Assembly (NCBI GenBank): GCA_012295275.1
Contig: CM022672.1
Coordinates: 33,356,001-33,420,000 of the forward strand
Reading direction: 5' to 3'
DNA: 64,000 nt
Source: Chrysomallon squamiferum
Lineage: Eukaryota; Animalia; Mollusca
Position numbers and translations under genes: made by a program. Of the stretch, positions 1-14,940 are shown piece by piece; within the stretch, counting starts at the first letter, position 1; each line of letters opens with the position of its first letter. The notes below the pieces were generated by a model that did no database searches, was not told the origin of the DNA, and was given only the letters and a program-made list of their open reading frames with translations.

Positions 1-236
1 TCGACATGTTTACAAAACCATAGAATATATTCTTCGTTTAATTAGAACATTCTGGAATATAACTGTAATTGTTATTGATGTCGCTTTTTATTTCTTTGGC
101 GATAACTGTAGCAAACGTGTTTTCATTTGATTGAGGGTGCATTCAACGTTTTAGTCCATTCGACTGGTGAGTTTATTCTCTTTTCGAATAAAAGTAAAAT
201 TTAACGTTTGGCCGTGCTTCAGGTAAGGGAGATAAT

Positions 237-605
237 TTACACACTTCTGCCGTAGCGAAGCAGAGTTGACCCCTGTTCGCTCCCGGTTTGCGACGGGTAC
301 AGTTTGCTGCCAAAAGATGCAAATCTCGGCTGAATGGGAATTCCAAGAACGGGCCAGCCAGAGCTTCGTTTCAGAAAACCCGTTTCAGGCTGGGTCCTCG
401 TGTTTTCCATCGAGTTGTGTCCCTTCCCATCTGGCATCCTGTTCCGGGCTAAAACTCGCAGAACGCGGAGAAAATCAAGTCGAGGCTGTCCCAGTTCGTC
501 GCGGCCGCCATTTTGATTCGACTTCTGCCAGGAGTAACTGATGTTCCCGTTCGCCATCGTTACCATGGTGATTATTGCGAAGAACACCAATATTAAGCGA
601 GCCAT
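237..605 (-). CDS. Neuropeptide precursor, RYamide type (NKY/LFRYamide-like), 122 aa, single coding exon
   Basis: Hydrophobic signal peptide (MARLILVFFAIITMVTMANG), dibasic KR, then a 38-aa peptide SSGWPVLGIPIQPRFASFGSKLYPSQTGSEQGSTLLRY followed by G-R (amidation plus cleavage). A polypyrimidine/CAG acceptor lies directly before the ATG, implying an upstream non-coding exon. Family assignment is from recalled molluscan precursor architecture, not a search. Confidence 0.85.
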   Translation of the reverse strand: MARLILVFFAIITMVTMANGNISYSWQKSNQNGGRDELGQPRLDFLRVLRVLARNRMPDGKGHNSMENTRTQPETGFLKRSSGWPVLGIPIQPRFASFGSKLYPSQTGSEQGSTLLRYGRSV

Positions 606-782
606 CTGAAAAAAAGAAAAAAAAGATAAATGAATGAATGAATGAATAAAATAGATAAACAGAAAATGAAGAAACAGAGAGTGAGATTTGGAGAGAAATA
701 TTTATAAGATAGATCGAATAATTCATTGACAGGGACAGATCGATAAATGGACAGATGGTTGTTACACATTTATCAGACATAC

Positions 783-847
<65 letters not shown>

Positions 848-1630
848 TAATAATTATAATAACAGTAATGATAATGATAATTATAATAACAATAACAACA
901 ATAACAATAATAAATGTTAACTAATAAAACATCAAATAAAGGAAAAAAGATTAAAATATAAATGATATGAAAGAAAAATTAGAAAAGAAAAGAACAAAAC
1001 TAAAGAGATAGTGAATAGAATGTAAAAAAATATATATATTTGTTTTACTGCTTGCTCAAGCAAACTTAGTAATCAATACAATAATAAAATGAAAACAATG
1101 GTTCTTTCACGAAACTATAGATGATTGTAATACATGATGGCGTATAGTTTACTCAAGCTCATATACGTTCTTGCTTCTGATACATTCACTCTTTACGTAA
1201 CCTATATAGGAAAGGCTAGACACAAAGACATGAACACCATGCTAAATTAGGCCCGATTCGCAATTAAAATGAGAAATAAACTTTATATCAGACTTCAGAT
1301 TTGACTTGTATTAAATCTTACATTAATGATATTTCAATAACTAACATGTTAAACCTAATTATTTAAAATTAGAAACTGTTGTTTTTGACTATACGAATCT
1401 CGGCTCGATTTGACTTGTATTAATCTTGCATTAATGATGTTTCAGTATTTTAACATATACAGAATTATATAAAACTGCATTTCATTAAAATATTGAGGAC
1501 TGAGATATGGAAGAGGCAAACAAAAAATAAAAAATAAATAAAGACCTATATAAAACAAACAAAAATATAAAAAGTAGATAAGTTAAAAAAAAAAGGTACT
1601 TGAGCTATAAAAACATTTCAGAAACAAAAC

Positions 1631-2781
<1,151 letters not shown>

Positions 2782-4253
2782 AAAGTAAATGAAACGAAAA
2801 AAGTTAAAGTATTAGAAAACTGAAACGATCTTTTCTCTTGAAGATTTTTGTCTGATTTTGCGTTCTTCCTGTTGTTTATTTTAGAAAGGCTTCTTGTATT
2901 AACTGCCCTTTTTCACTGGTTTTCTTTTCACGGCAATAGCTTCTTTTCAAATATTATTAAACCTGTTTAAAAAGTCGTATTTTGAATTTTCCCAAACTTA
3001 TCTGTACGGCTTTCTTGCGTGTGTTTGAAGTCATTACCGAGACGTTACAAATTCTCATTTACTCTCTCTCATTCTTATTCTCCAGTTGCGTAAATTTTTC
3101 ATTTGTAATTTGGATATTATCTGCTTCAATAGCTTCACTATCAGTTTTAAGAATATATTTTTAGTAAGATCGCCGGACGCATTAAAATCAATAATGAACT
3201 AATGCTGGACAAAATTCCGGACACCTTTCATGTTGTTTTTTTGGTGATTGTTCGTTCTGCCCCATCCCTCCCACACTTCAATTTCGTTCGACGGTCGAAT
3301 ATTTTAAACTGATTTTTAAGAAATAAACGCTCATATTTCAAAAACGAAACAGAGAAAAGAAAAAGGGTTTAAAGTTCGAAAATCCGTAGTTTTGTGAAGT
3401 GATAATTCGTAAAGTAGGTTTAGTAATAACTAGCAATCTTTCTACATCTTGTTAGATACGTTTTACTGCTTGTATTCAAATGCATGCGTACAGTTCATCA
3501 TTGACAGGGAGCCTACACAACTTTAACATTTCGAAAACTCTGTTTATAGCCTGTCTGTTATATATATATACGTTGGTATATATATTATCCATATTACAGG
3601 CAAATGCATGAAGATTCTTTAGCATAACAATTTAATCATTTTAAAGTAGCAGAACAAAATTTAACAGAGATCAAGAATAGTCATTAATAAATACAAATAA
3701 CTGAAGTCATGTTTATGAATGTTTTATTAGGAAAATGAGATGATGTACCTAAATATCTTCTGTTTCAGTTTGTGTGTGGATTCTTCTGTTTTTCCATTTC
3801 CCCGTACTAATCTACGTAGTCAACTCGAATATCTGTTTATCTACGTCACCACATACGCTATCCTATCTATTGTTTTATTTAAACTACTGAAATCCCGTAA
3901 ATATTTATCGATCTACTCACTAGCATACAGGTTTAGCTATGTATACTCACTTCCAAACATATTTTGAATCTACTATTTTCCATCCATATTTCTCTGTCTA
4001 CTCACTTTACTCACACATCTATCTGTTTACTTCACGTAGACTGTTATCTATGAAATCACTTCCCGCACGTATTTCTCAAGCCACTCATTTTCCATACTTA
4101 TTATATCTACTTAAACATTTCACATATATCTTTAGGCACACAAATCTCTATGGGGGATACAATTTATAGAGACACGAACATGTTTGCAAGTGAGTAGGTA
4201 GATAATTAGATAATAAAGAGATTAGCTAGAAAATGAGACAAGTGTTTTGTTTG

Positions 4254-4384
<131 letters not shown>

Positions 4385-4528
4385 CTGTATATACAGGTAA
4401 GCGTATGCATTTCGTTATGTCAGGCATAAAGGTTGCTACGTGGGATTTAAAACTGATAACGAATTCGTCCTCCATGTTTTAAATAAATGTCAAACAAAAC
4501 GAAATACAGTTTGTAAATTAAAATATTT

Positions 4529-4617
<89 letters not shown>

Positions 4618-4767
4618 GAATTAATTTTACAACAAATTATTCATGCCAGCGTACCTTCGCAGTTAATATTATTATTGTGTGTATATGTTTGTAGGTGTGT
4701 GTGTGTGTGTGTATTTTCCTTTTTTTCACATGTCTTTTTACCTCTTTCGATTTTAAATCCTGCATTA

Positions 4768-4801
<34 letters not shown>

Positions 4802-5208
4802 TTTAGGATTTTATAGGGAATACGTTATGAAGATTCTGTTCAGTTTTAAATATAATGAAAATCATTTTAGAGCAATGAAAAATTAGCCACAATCTTAACT
4901 GTCTGAAATCCACGAACAAACGCAAAAAAAACAAATACAGCAGCTGGTGAATGTGTTCATCTCAGAACGATAAGATACTGACACAGAAATTAACAGTTTG
5001 TTTCTCAATAGCTACATCATTCTAGAAAGTAATTAAAGAAAACATAACTGTGAACTGAATCAATAACAGGATAAATAATTACAGAAAATATTTAATAACA
5101 TTGCACGAAACGTAAATAAAATTCTTCATCCAGCCAAAGTGTGTTTATTTAGGAGAGTTTAAAAACCGCGCTCCCATTTACTGTTGGTCCTTGTTAAACA
5201 TGATACAT

Positions 5209-8200
5209 ACTATATACACTGTCATTTATATACACTGCCATTTATATACACATTGTCATTTATATACACACTGTCATTTATATACACACTGTCATTTATA
5301 TACACCCTGTCATTTATATACACATTGTCATTTATATATTGCCATTTATATACACCCTGTCATTTATATACACCCTGTCATTTATATACACTGCCATTTA
5401 TATGTACACTGTCATTTATATACACACTGTCATTTATATACACACTGTCATTTATATACACACTGTCATTTATATACACACTGTCATTTATATAAAACTG
5501 TCATTTATATAAAACTGTCATTTATATACACACTGTCATTTATATACACACTGTCATTTATATAAAACTGTCATTTATATAAAACTGTCATTTATATACA
5601 CCCTGTCATTTATATACACACTGTCATTTATATACACCCTGTCATTTATATAAAACTGTCATTTATATACACACTGTCATTTATATACACACTGTCATTT
5701 ATATACACCCTGTCATTTATATACACATTGTCATTTATATATACACTGTCATTTATATACACACTGTCATTTATTGTCATATACACACTGTCATTTATAT
5801 ACACACTGTCATTTATATATACACTGTCATTTATATACACACTGTCATTTATATACACACTGTCATTTATATACACACTGTCATTTATATACACACTGTC
5901 ATTTATATACACACTGTCATTTATATACACTGTCATTTATATACACTGTCATTTATATACACACTGTCATTTATATACACACTGTCATTTATATACACAC
6001 TGTCATTTATATACTGTCATTTATATACAAACTGTCATTTATATACACACTGTCATTTATATACACACTGTCATTTATATACACACACTGTCATTTATAT
6101 ACACACTGTCATTTATATACACACTGTCATTTTATATTTATATACACTGTCATTTATATACACACTGTCATTTATATACACACTGTCATTTATATACACT
6201 GTCATTTATATACACACTGTCATTTATATACACACTGTCATTTATATACACACTGTCATTTATATACACACTGTCATTTATATACACTGTCATTTATATA
6301 CACTGTCATTTATATACACACTGTCATTTATATACACACTGTCATTTATATACACACTGTCATTTATATACACTGTCATTTATATTATGTCATTTATATA
6401 CACTGTCATTTTATATACACTGTCATTTATATACACACTGTCATTTATATACACACTGTCATTTATATACACACACTGTCATTTATATACACTGTCATTT
6501 ATATGTACACTGTCATTTATATACACATTTTATATACTGTCATTTATATACACACTGTCATTTATATACACACTGTCATTTATATACACACTGTCATTTA
6601 TATACACACTGTCATTTATATGTACACTGTCATTTATATACACACTGTCATTTATATGTACACTGTCATTTATATACACACTGTCATTTATATACACACT
6701 GTCATTTATATACACTGTCATTTATATACACACTGTCATTTATATACACACTGTCATTTATATACACACTGTCATTTATATACACTGTCATTTATATATA
6801 CACTGTCATTTATATACACATTCATTTATATACACTGTCATTTATATACACACTGTCATTTATATACACTGTCATTTATACACACTGTCATTTATATACA
6901 CACTGTCATTTATATACACTGTCATGTCATTTATATACACACTGTCATTTATATACACACTGTCATTTATATACACTGTCATTTATATACACACTGTCAT
7001 TTATACACACTGTCATTTATATACACACTGTCATTTATATACACTGTCATTTATATACACTGTCATTTATATACACACTGTCATTTATATACACACTGTC
7101 ATTTATATACACACTGTCATTTATATACACACTGTCATTTATATACACACTGTCATTTATATACACACTGTCATTTATATACACACTGTCATTTATATAC
7201 ACTGTCATTTATATACACACTGTCATTTATATACACTGTCATTTATATACACACTGTCATTTATATACACACTGTCATTTATATACACTGTCATTTATAT
7301 ACACTGTCATTTATATACACACTGTCATTTATATACACACTGTCATTTATATTGTCATTTATATACACACTGTCATTGTCATTTATATACACTGTCATTT
7401 ATATACACACTGTCATTTATATACACACTGTCATTTATATACACACTGTCATTTATATACACTGTCATTTATATACACACTGTCATTTATATACACTGTC
7501 ATTTATATACACTGTCATTTATATACACACTGTCATTTATATACACTGTCATTTATATACACACTGTCATTTATATACACACTGTCATTTATATACACAC
7601 TGTCATTTATATACACACTGTCATTTATATACACACTGTCATTTATATACACACTGTCATTTATATACACACTGTCATTTTATATACACTGTCATTTATA
7701 TATGTCATTTATATACACACTGTCATTTATATATATACACACTGTCATTTATATACACTGTCATTTATATATACACACTGTCATTTATATACACTGTCAT
7801 TTATATACACTGTCATTTATATACACTGTCATTTATATACACACTGTCATTTATATACACACTGTCATTTATATACACTGTCATTTATATACACTGTCAT
7901 TTATATACACACTGTCATTTATACACACTGTCATTTATATACACACTGTCATTTATATACACACTGTCATTTTATATACACACTGTCATTCATTTATATA
8001 CACACTGTCATTTATATACACACTGTCATTTATATACACTGTCATTTATATACACTGTCATTTATATACACTGTCATTTATACACACTGTCATTTATATA
8101 CACACTGTCATTTACTGTATATACACACTGTCATTTATATACACACTGTCATTTATACACACTGTCATTTATATACACACTGTCATTTATATACACACTG

Positions 8201-8311
8201 TCATTTATATACACTGCCATTTATATACACTGTCATTTATATATACACTGTCATTTATATACACTGTCATTTATATACACACTGTCATTATATACACACT
8301 GTCATTTATTA
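5209..8311. repeat. Minisatellite, 16-18 bp unit CACTGTCATTTATATACA, ~3.1 kb, truncated by the gap
   Basis: Directly visible tandem array. It accounts for the spurious 734-977 aa ORFs. Confidence 0.98.
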
Positions 8312-8511
8312 NNNNNNNNNNNNNNNNNNNNNNNNNNNNNNNNNNNNNNNNNNNNNNNNNNNNNNNNNNNNNNNNNNNNNNNNNNNNNNNNNNNNNNNNN
8401 NNNNNNNNNNNNNNNNNNNNNNNNNNNNNNNNNNNNNNNNNNNNNNNNNNNNNNNNNNNNNNNNNNNNNNNNNNNNNNNNNNNNNNNNNNNNNNNNNNNN
8501 NNNNNNNNNNN
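8312..8511. other. Assembly gap (200 N)
   Basis: Run of exactly 200 N. Confidence 1.
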
Positions 8512-11500
8512 TGAGTGTACTCTCTGTTCAGTTACGTGGGCGCTATTTCGTGGTTCTTCAACTGAGATGCATCTTCCTTCTGATGTTGTGAATATTTTCA
8601 GTAGTCTTAATGTTCTTTTTCCACTGAATGATATATCTGTGCATAAAGATAGGAATTCCACAAACTTATTTTTCATAAATTCATCTGCTGTATCATTGAA
8701 ATTCTGAATGTTTTCCTTTGAAACCTGACACAGTGTCTTAATAACACCTTGTGGAGTGGGATAAGGAATCATGCTGCCTACTGGTAGGACCCACTGAACA
8801 TAATTAGGAACTGAAGGCAAGACTACAACTCCTAATTTCTGTAAGCACTGGCAAATCTCTTCGGAAAGATTTTCAAACCCCACAAATGTTGCTGCAATGA
8901 AGTTGTCTGTCAAAGGATGTAATATAATTTTATCTTGTTTATATTCTGGTACTAGAGTCATATCTTGCATTGATGACATCATATCTACCCCTAATTCTTT
9001 GGCTAAAATCCATAAATCTTTGAGCCACTTTTCACCTAATGTGGGTGATGATTTCTGCAAATATTTTGAATCATAAAGTTTGTTGTTACTGAAACACAGT
9101 TTGACCATTTCTGGAAATTTCTCAGCAGTGACTTGAGAAATGTTGTTGCATCCTAAAAATAAAAAAAAAACATCCAAATAAATATAGCTTGAACATTTTA
9201 CTTTATTAAAACATTTTATTTTTCGTACATTGAAATATAAATCTATTTCATTTAGTAAGAAAGTTAGAAATAGAAAACAATACAAAATATACTCTTCCAA
9301 AGAAGAAACGCAAAATGGTTGATTTCTTAGATAACTATTGTGAATTGAGACATATCACTTGGCATTATTACTACAGACAGAGTGGGCCACCATTTCACAA
9401 GGTGTAATTCGTAATGTCATTACTGCCATGGGAAGAAGATGTCAGGTAGTTCTGAACTCCGATGGTAGGCACAAGGTATTGATATTATACTGTTATAACC
9501 TTGAACTTTAACCTTTTTAATTTAAAACCATCAATATTAATCAATTGCGAAAGTGTATGTAAAATGTGAACATTCTGCTGCTTTCTGTTGATCCATTAGA
9601 TAGATATTCCCAATGTCAATAAAATCTACTTTTGCGTTTCTTTTTCGGGAGAGTATATAAAACATAGAACATTGCCTTGTATACAGTTAAGCTCCATATT
9701 CCATGTTTGCTATTTCACATAACTGATGAAGTACAATACTTATTAATGACAATACACATCTCATGCCTCGACCATTAAGAAGTTGTCAAGTAATTAACAA
9801 AAGTTATTTTCCTTTTGTTTTAACCAATAATAAATTATATCAATATATTACAGAAAGAGTTCCATAATCTTTTAATACTTTCCTTGTATATTTCAAGTGA
9901 TAGTTCTTACCTTTCTTTGCCATATCAGCAAACTCTTTTTGGACAAAGTGGTCAACAGTCGCACTGACAAGAATACCTTCCAAACTTGGAAATATGTGAA
10001 TTTTCTCTGGACAGAAAAGTATAGTTTGCTTTGCAAATGTCTGGAATGATCCATTGGCCACAGGAAGCAAAGCCAGTCCTTTAAGACAAGTGTATGAAGA
10101 TGAAAGGAGAGCATATCTCAGAAGATGGTGTTTTTTATAGTCACTGTAGCGAATGTACTGATCTGAAGTTTTCAGCAACTTACAGAGCCCTTTTGGACTG
10201 ACTTTGGACTCGCATCTCACAATTATTTTCACAGTGTGATCTGGAAGCTTCACAACATTCTTTCCATAATCCAGATAAGTCTTTGTGACTGTATTGAAAA
10301 CTGATGGTTCAACTGATGGTTGCTCATTCAGAGCAAGAATAATATCTTTCATTAGAAGCCATTTTCCCCCATCTACTTCACTGAAAAATGCTTTTGTTTT
10401 AAACAGTTTTTTGTAAAATGGCTTCAAGAAATCTTTCCAATGAGCAGTAAGCTTTGAATCATCAGGAAATGAACCATAAAAGAGATCAACATCTTCAGTG
10501 GAATTATTTCTTTCCTTGGATAGTTTTCTGAGTTCTTTAATGAGTATAACGTAAGCTTCTGGAAGAGCTTCTGAAATCAGACAGTGATTCCATTCATCTT
10601 GTTTTTCCTCATCTTGTGACCATTTAACTTCTCTGCGATCTTGTGTTAATGCGAAAAAGCCATTGACGTGAACAGGCAAGCCTGTATTATTTTCTGCACT
10701 AAGAGGCAGAGGTAGAAAACAAAAAATATGTCCTTTCATTAGGTCTTCGTCTGTCAGAGGATAAGCAACACCAACATAAGGTGAGTAAGAGAGGTCAGTA
10801 TCATAACAAAGATTTCTGAGGGTCTGAGATACTGGTTCTCCCATGTAGAAATTCACCACCATCCAGTCACGTGAGTTCAATAGGGTAGGATGTCCAGAAC
10901 TAAACTTTACTGTTTCAACAGAAAACCGATATGTAGAATGAAATGACTTAGGTGGGATCTTGCCACTGATATGTTCAATTTCCATTTGGAATAGTTTTCT
11001 TTCTCTACGAACACGATTTAAATACTGTGGTGCTATGTTGACAGTATAAATTGTTTCTGCATTCGACAAGGAGCCAGCTCTACTAAAAAGAGATATTTTC
11101 TCAAGAGACTTTAGAAAGAGAAGAATGATTTCTGCCTCGGAAATGAAATTTTCAAAGATATTTGTTATATTTTCTTCTGTATAGACGTTTTCCGAAAGAT
11201 CGGATTTAACCAGTCGCAGTGGAAACCAAAATAAAGTGCCATTGTAGAATCCAGTATTTAGACAAGATTGTGAACAATCAAATGTTCCGCCAAAGACATT
11301 AATAAGTGCTTCCAGTGTGTGATCATCCAAGTTCTCAAGTTTTCTCATGAGACAGACTTCATCTTTTGGTTGATGTGGATTAATAAAAAGGATCCATTCC
11401 CCACTGACAATGCAAAGCCAGTCTGAAATAAAACATAGCTATTTTGAATCTGTTGAACAGACCTGGCCAACATTTCTTTAAACGATGATTAAATTGAAGA

Positions 11501-13286
11501 CAAACAACAGGAAGAAGATGTAGAAGGCAGCAAAATCAATTTAAAAACTATCATGTGCAAATGTGTACTGCTTTAAACAAAAACTTTATTTTTTCTTTTA
11601 ATTTCTCTCTGAGTTAGATTTATTTTAATAAAGAGATAAAAAAAAAAAAGATAAGAAAACAGTTAAAAGAGAAGTAAAAATTTATTGCGTGATATAACAC
11701 TGAAATAGTTATCTTCCATAACCTATTTTATATTGGAATAGTCGATTGCATTTTATTAATGTAAGTGAGTGATGGGTTTAATGCATAAACAAGGCCTATT
11801 CATGTTTCATAGAGTGACAATACATTTGACCATTGTTATTATCTGGATAAGTTTCTATTTGTACCTGTGAAGTGAAATACAGATTTGAAACCCAGTCCAT
11901 AGCGTCCTACTTTAAGACGGTCTTTTTCTTTGATGCTGCTCTGGATCATCTGGATTCCTAACCAGTCTTTTTCAGTGAACAGTGCATCATTGAACACACA
12001 GAGGCCAGGACCCTGTAGTAAGAGAAACAAGTGTATTGAATAGTTTTATTTTTTCATATAGAATTTCCACCAGTAGATTATGTTCGTAATATATTTAAAA
12101 ATTTAAATAAAGAAAGAAAGAATGCAAATGTTTTTGATATTTTTACATTTTCCTACCACGACAGAGATTGCTTTGCATGTAATATACATTCCATGGTTAG
12201 AAGAATATTTTTGTCAAACTGTAAATGAGTCTTCACAATGGGGCAAAAATATAGGCAGTTTTATGAATCATTGAGAACAGGAAGAGGGAACATTTTGTAG
12301 TCTGTGTCAGCCACATTTTCCGACTCTTTATGTTAAAATGTAATTTTATCATAGAATACTACGTTTAGAATCTGTCCTTTTGGATCCTGGTCCAGTACTG
12401 ATTTCAGCTGCTTGATGAGACTAGGCTGTTTTGATATTGTTATCGGAAAGCATTTTCTTTTTTATTTTGCTATGTTTTATTCTGGCTCTTACTCAAATGT
12501 GTTAGTAAGAAAACACTTTTTAAATAAAGAAAATGTCAAGCAACAGACTGAAGTTAGACTGTTTTCCATAATGTTTGGCTACACAGCTGATTTATATTAT
12601 ATCATTTTCCTTGTTGGTGAACAATGATTATTTCCAATATCATTATCAATAATAATTACAACAATAACAACAGCAATACAACAACAATAACAACAACAAT
12701 AATGACAACGTTTGATGTTTAAGAATATTTAAACATTATCACAATCTTACATTCAGCTATACAGTGCACCCATTCAGCTCAGCCAGACATATGTTGTTAC
12801 TATGTTCTTCATACACTCAAACATCATTTAGACTTCATTTCACATACCTGCAGTGCTTTCACATGACATGGATTTTCCAGCTTAGCCAAGTCTTCTGACT
12901 TGTTACACTGCTGTTTTTCATATAACACTTTCACCTCCCTAGCACCTGCATCTTCAGCATTCTGTATGATTTCCTGTAAAACAGTAGTAATAACAGGTGT
13001 CATTGCAAAGGAAACAAAAAGCAGTAGAGGTAGTAACAGTAAAAGTATCATAGTGTAGAAGCGACAGAAAAGGTTTGAAAGTCAGCTTTTACATTTTATT
13101 TTATTAATATTAAAGATCAGACTTCAAAAATTTGGAACTTCTTTGAATTTATAATTTTATCATATAATACTACCTTTAGAATCTGTCCTTTTGGATACTG
13201 ATCCAGTACTGCTTTCAGCTGCTTGATGAGACTAGGCTGTTTCATGCAAGCCAGTCCTTCCTTTAGTTTGCTAGAACCAGAGGAAG
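8512..13286 (-). CDS. Sacsin-like protein, N-terminal part (~845 aa visible); exons 13286-13174, 12973-12848, 12012-11865, 11422-9911, 9152-<8512
   Basis: All visible introns are GT-AG with consistent phases (0,0,1,1). Spliced protein reads MKQPSLIKQLKAVLDQYPKGQILK|EIIQNAEDAGA...|GPGLCVFNDALF...KVGRYGLGFKSVFHFT|D...GTLFWFPLR...GHIFCFLPLP...TGLPVHVNGFFALTQDRR...WN. These are the Hsp90-like/Bergerat motifs of a sacsin repeating region. The 3' end is lost in the gap. Confidence 0.93.
9292..9653 (+). mobile_element. Internally deleted Tc1/mariner element in a sacsin intron
   Basis: 24-bp TIRs CTCTTCCAAAGAAGAAACGCAAAA / CTCTCCCGAAAAAGAAACGCAAAA (3 mismatches), with TA on both flanks. The interior encodes a Tc1 transposase C-terminus (DEWATISQGVIRNVITAMGRRCQVVLNSDGRH). 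Confidence 0.85.
12341..12431 (-). pseudogene. Partial duplicate of sacsin exon 13286-13174 inside a downstream intron
   Basis: Matches 13152-13242. Encodes KQPSLIKQLKSVLDQDPKGQILN and keeps the donor-side intron sequence, but lacks the exon's 5' part and acceptor. Confidence 0.85.
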
Positions 13287-13516
13287 CTGAAATTGCTCAC
13301 ATTAATTAGAAAAGATAAGTCATTTTAACAAGAATAGTATTAAGTAATAACCTTTAAAAGAACATAAAATATAAAAATAAAAGTATGTGTGTGAGTTTTT
13401 CAAACAGAATTTAAAATAAAAAAAAAAGTAATTGATCAGAAATAATAAAAATGTAATTGAAATTCAAGTGTGTGCTGTTTATTCTATTTTTAATTTCATT
13501 ACTTGTATATATATAA

Positions 13517-13548
13517 ATATCTATTCGAGTTTAATGAACCTGTATGTG

Positions 13549-13579
<31 letters not shown>

Positions 13580-13604
13580 AGGTTCATTAAACTCGAATAG
13601 ATAT
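13517..13604. repeat. Perfect 33-bp inverted repeat around a (TA)n spacer
   Basis: ATATCTATTCGAGTTTAATGAACCTGTATGTGT ... ACACATACAGGTTCATTAAACTCGAATAGATAT. Confidence 0.9.
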
Positions 13605-13829
13605 ACAAATGATAAATTAATGATGAACAGATCTGCATTAAAAAATAAACTAATACGAGAATGTTGGTATTTAAAAAGCGAAACAGAAATAAACATATCC
13701 ACATACCCATTTGGCTGTCTTTATAGTGCACACTCTCTCCTTATTATGTCATGATAAATGTTGCTAATTCTGAAGAAAAGACAGAGAAAAAGTAAATGTT
13801 ATGTACGACTGAAAATCTATTGTTTTTAC

Positions 13830-14940
13830 ATCTATAATTAATAACAGATCAGTTTGAATTACTGGAAACAAATGAGCCTGGTTCTCGACAAGTTTATTCT
13901 ATAACTGAGTACAGCATACTTTATTAGAATTACTAAAAAGAACAAAAAATATGTACTATGTTTCTATTGATTTTGAAAAAGCTTTGATTCTGTTACTAAA
14001 ATGAAATATTAAGTTATGATATTAATGGGAAATGTTTCATAATAATATTTAACATGTTTGATGGTATAAAATCAAGAATTGTACATAAAGCTGTAAATCT
14101 GAATATTTTACAGTAAGACAACAGGAAAATTCAACACCTTTTTTATTTATTCTAATAATTTAGTAAATCGTTTAGTCACAGAAAACTGTAAAGGTATTCA
14201 ATCCAATATCAGATTTTTTTGCTAAAAATATTAATGTATGTCTCTAATATTTTTTAGAGATAGATCTAGATATACGTGTCTGTATGTATATGTGTGTGTA
14301 TGTGTGTTTGTGTGGGTGTATCTCGTGTATAGATAATAATATGGAAGTAGAAATTCTTACTGAGTTTACATACCTTGGATTTGTTTTAAGTAAATTTGGA
14401 TCCTTCATAAATACTAAGAAAGATTTAATGAACCGAACTACAATGTCAGTGGTTGATGTATAAAAAGAAAATGTAGAAAATTTGATATATCAATCGACTG
14501 TCAGATTTGTTTGACCATATTATAAAACCACTATTATTATATGGGTGTGAAATCTGGTGGTTTAGTAATTTAAATGTAATTGAAATACTTCATCTCAAGT
14601 TTTACAAATAGGTATTATGTCTTAATAAGTGAACACTTAACTTTATGGTTTATGCTGAATTACGGAGATATCCATTATCTAAAAGTGTTAAGGTAACAAT
14701 GCTTATATTTTGGGCAAAGGTTGTTAACAGTAAAGAGTATAAAATATCTCATCTTGTTATCATTTAACCAGAGTTTAAAAGCTGTATCACATCCTTGGTT
14801 ATTTTGTATAAAAACTACACTAGATGAATGTGGTTTATATAACATATATTCATGTCTTCAAGTGAACGTCTTGTGGATAAAATATGCTGTTAAAAAACCC
14901 TTAAAATATCAGTTCTTACAAAAATTACAATTTCTTTTTT
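13830..14940 (+). mobile_element. Decayed non-LTR retrotransposon (RT and post-RT region; RTE-X/CR1-like)
   Basis: Frameshifted motifs IDFEKA(F)DSV, FNMFDGIKSRI, VRQ..ENSTPFLF, FTYLGFVLSKFGS, LFDHIIKPLLLYGCEIW and NFMVYAELRRYPL. Confidence 0.8.

Noticed and set aside
266-541. Plus-strand ORFs of 91 and 60 aa
   Set aside because: Antisense shadows of the neuropeptide exon.
2820-3200. Lys/Glu-rich coiled-coil-like frames on the minus strand
   Set aside because: Interrupted by stops with no recognisable motif; possibly a decayed transposon ORF but unsupported.
5209-8311. CRISPR-like array
   Set aside because: No unique spacers; simple head-to-tail repeat in a eukaryotic context.
5184-8707. 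734-977 aa ORFs (YTLSFI / HCHLYT / VIYIHT repeats)
   Set aside because: Translation of an 18-bp minisatellite that lacks stop codons on the + strand. All three frames are open and interchange at indels.
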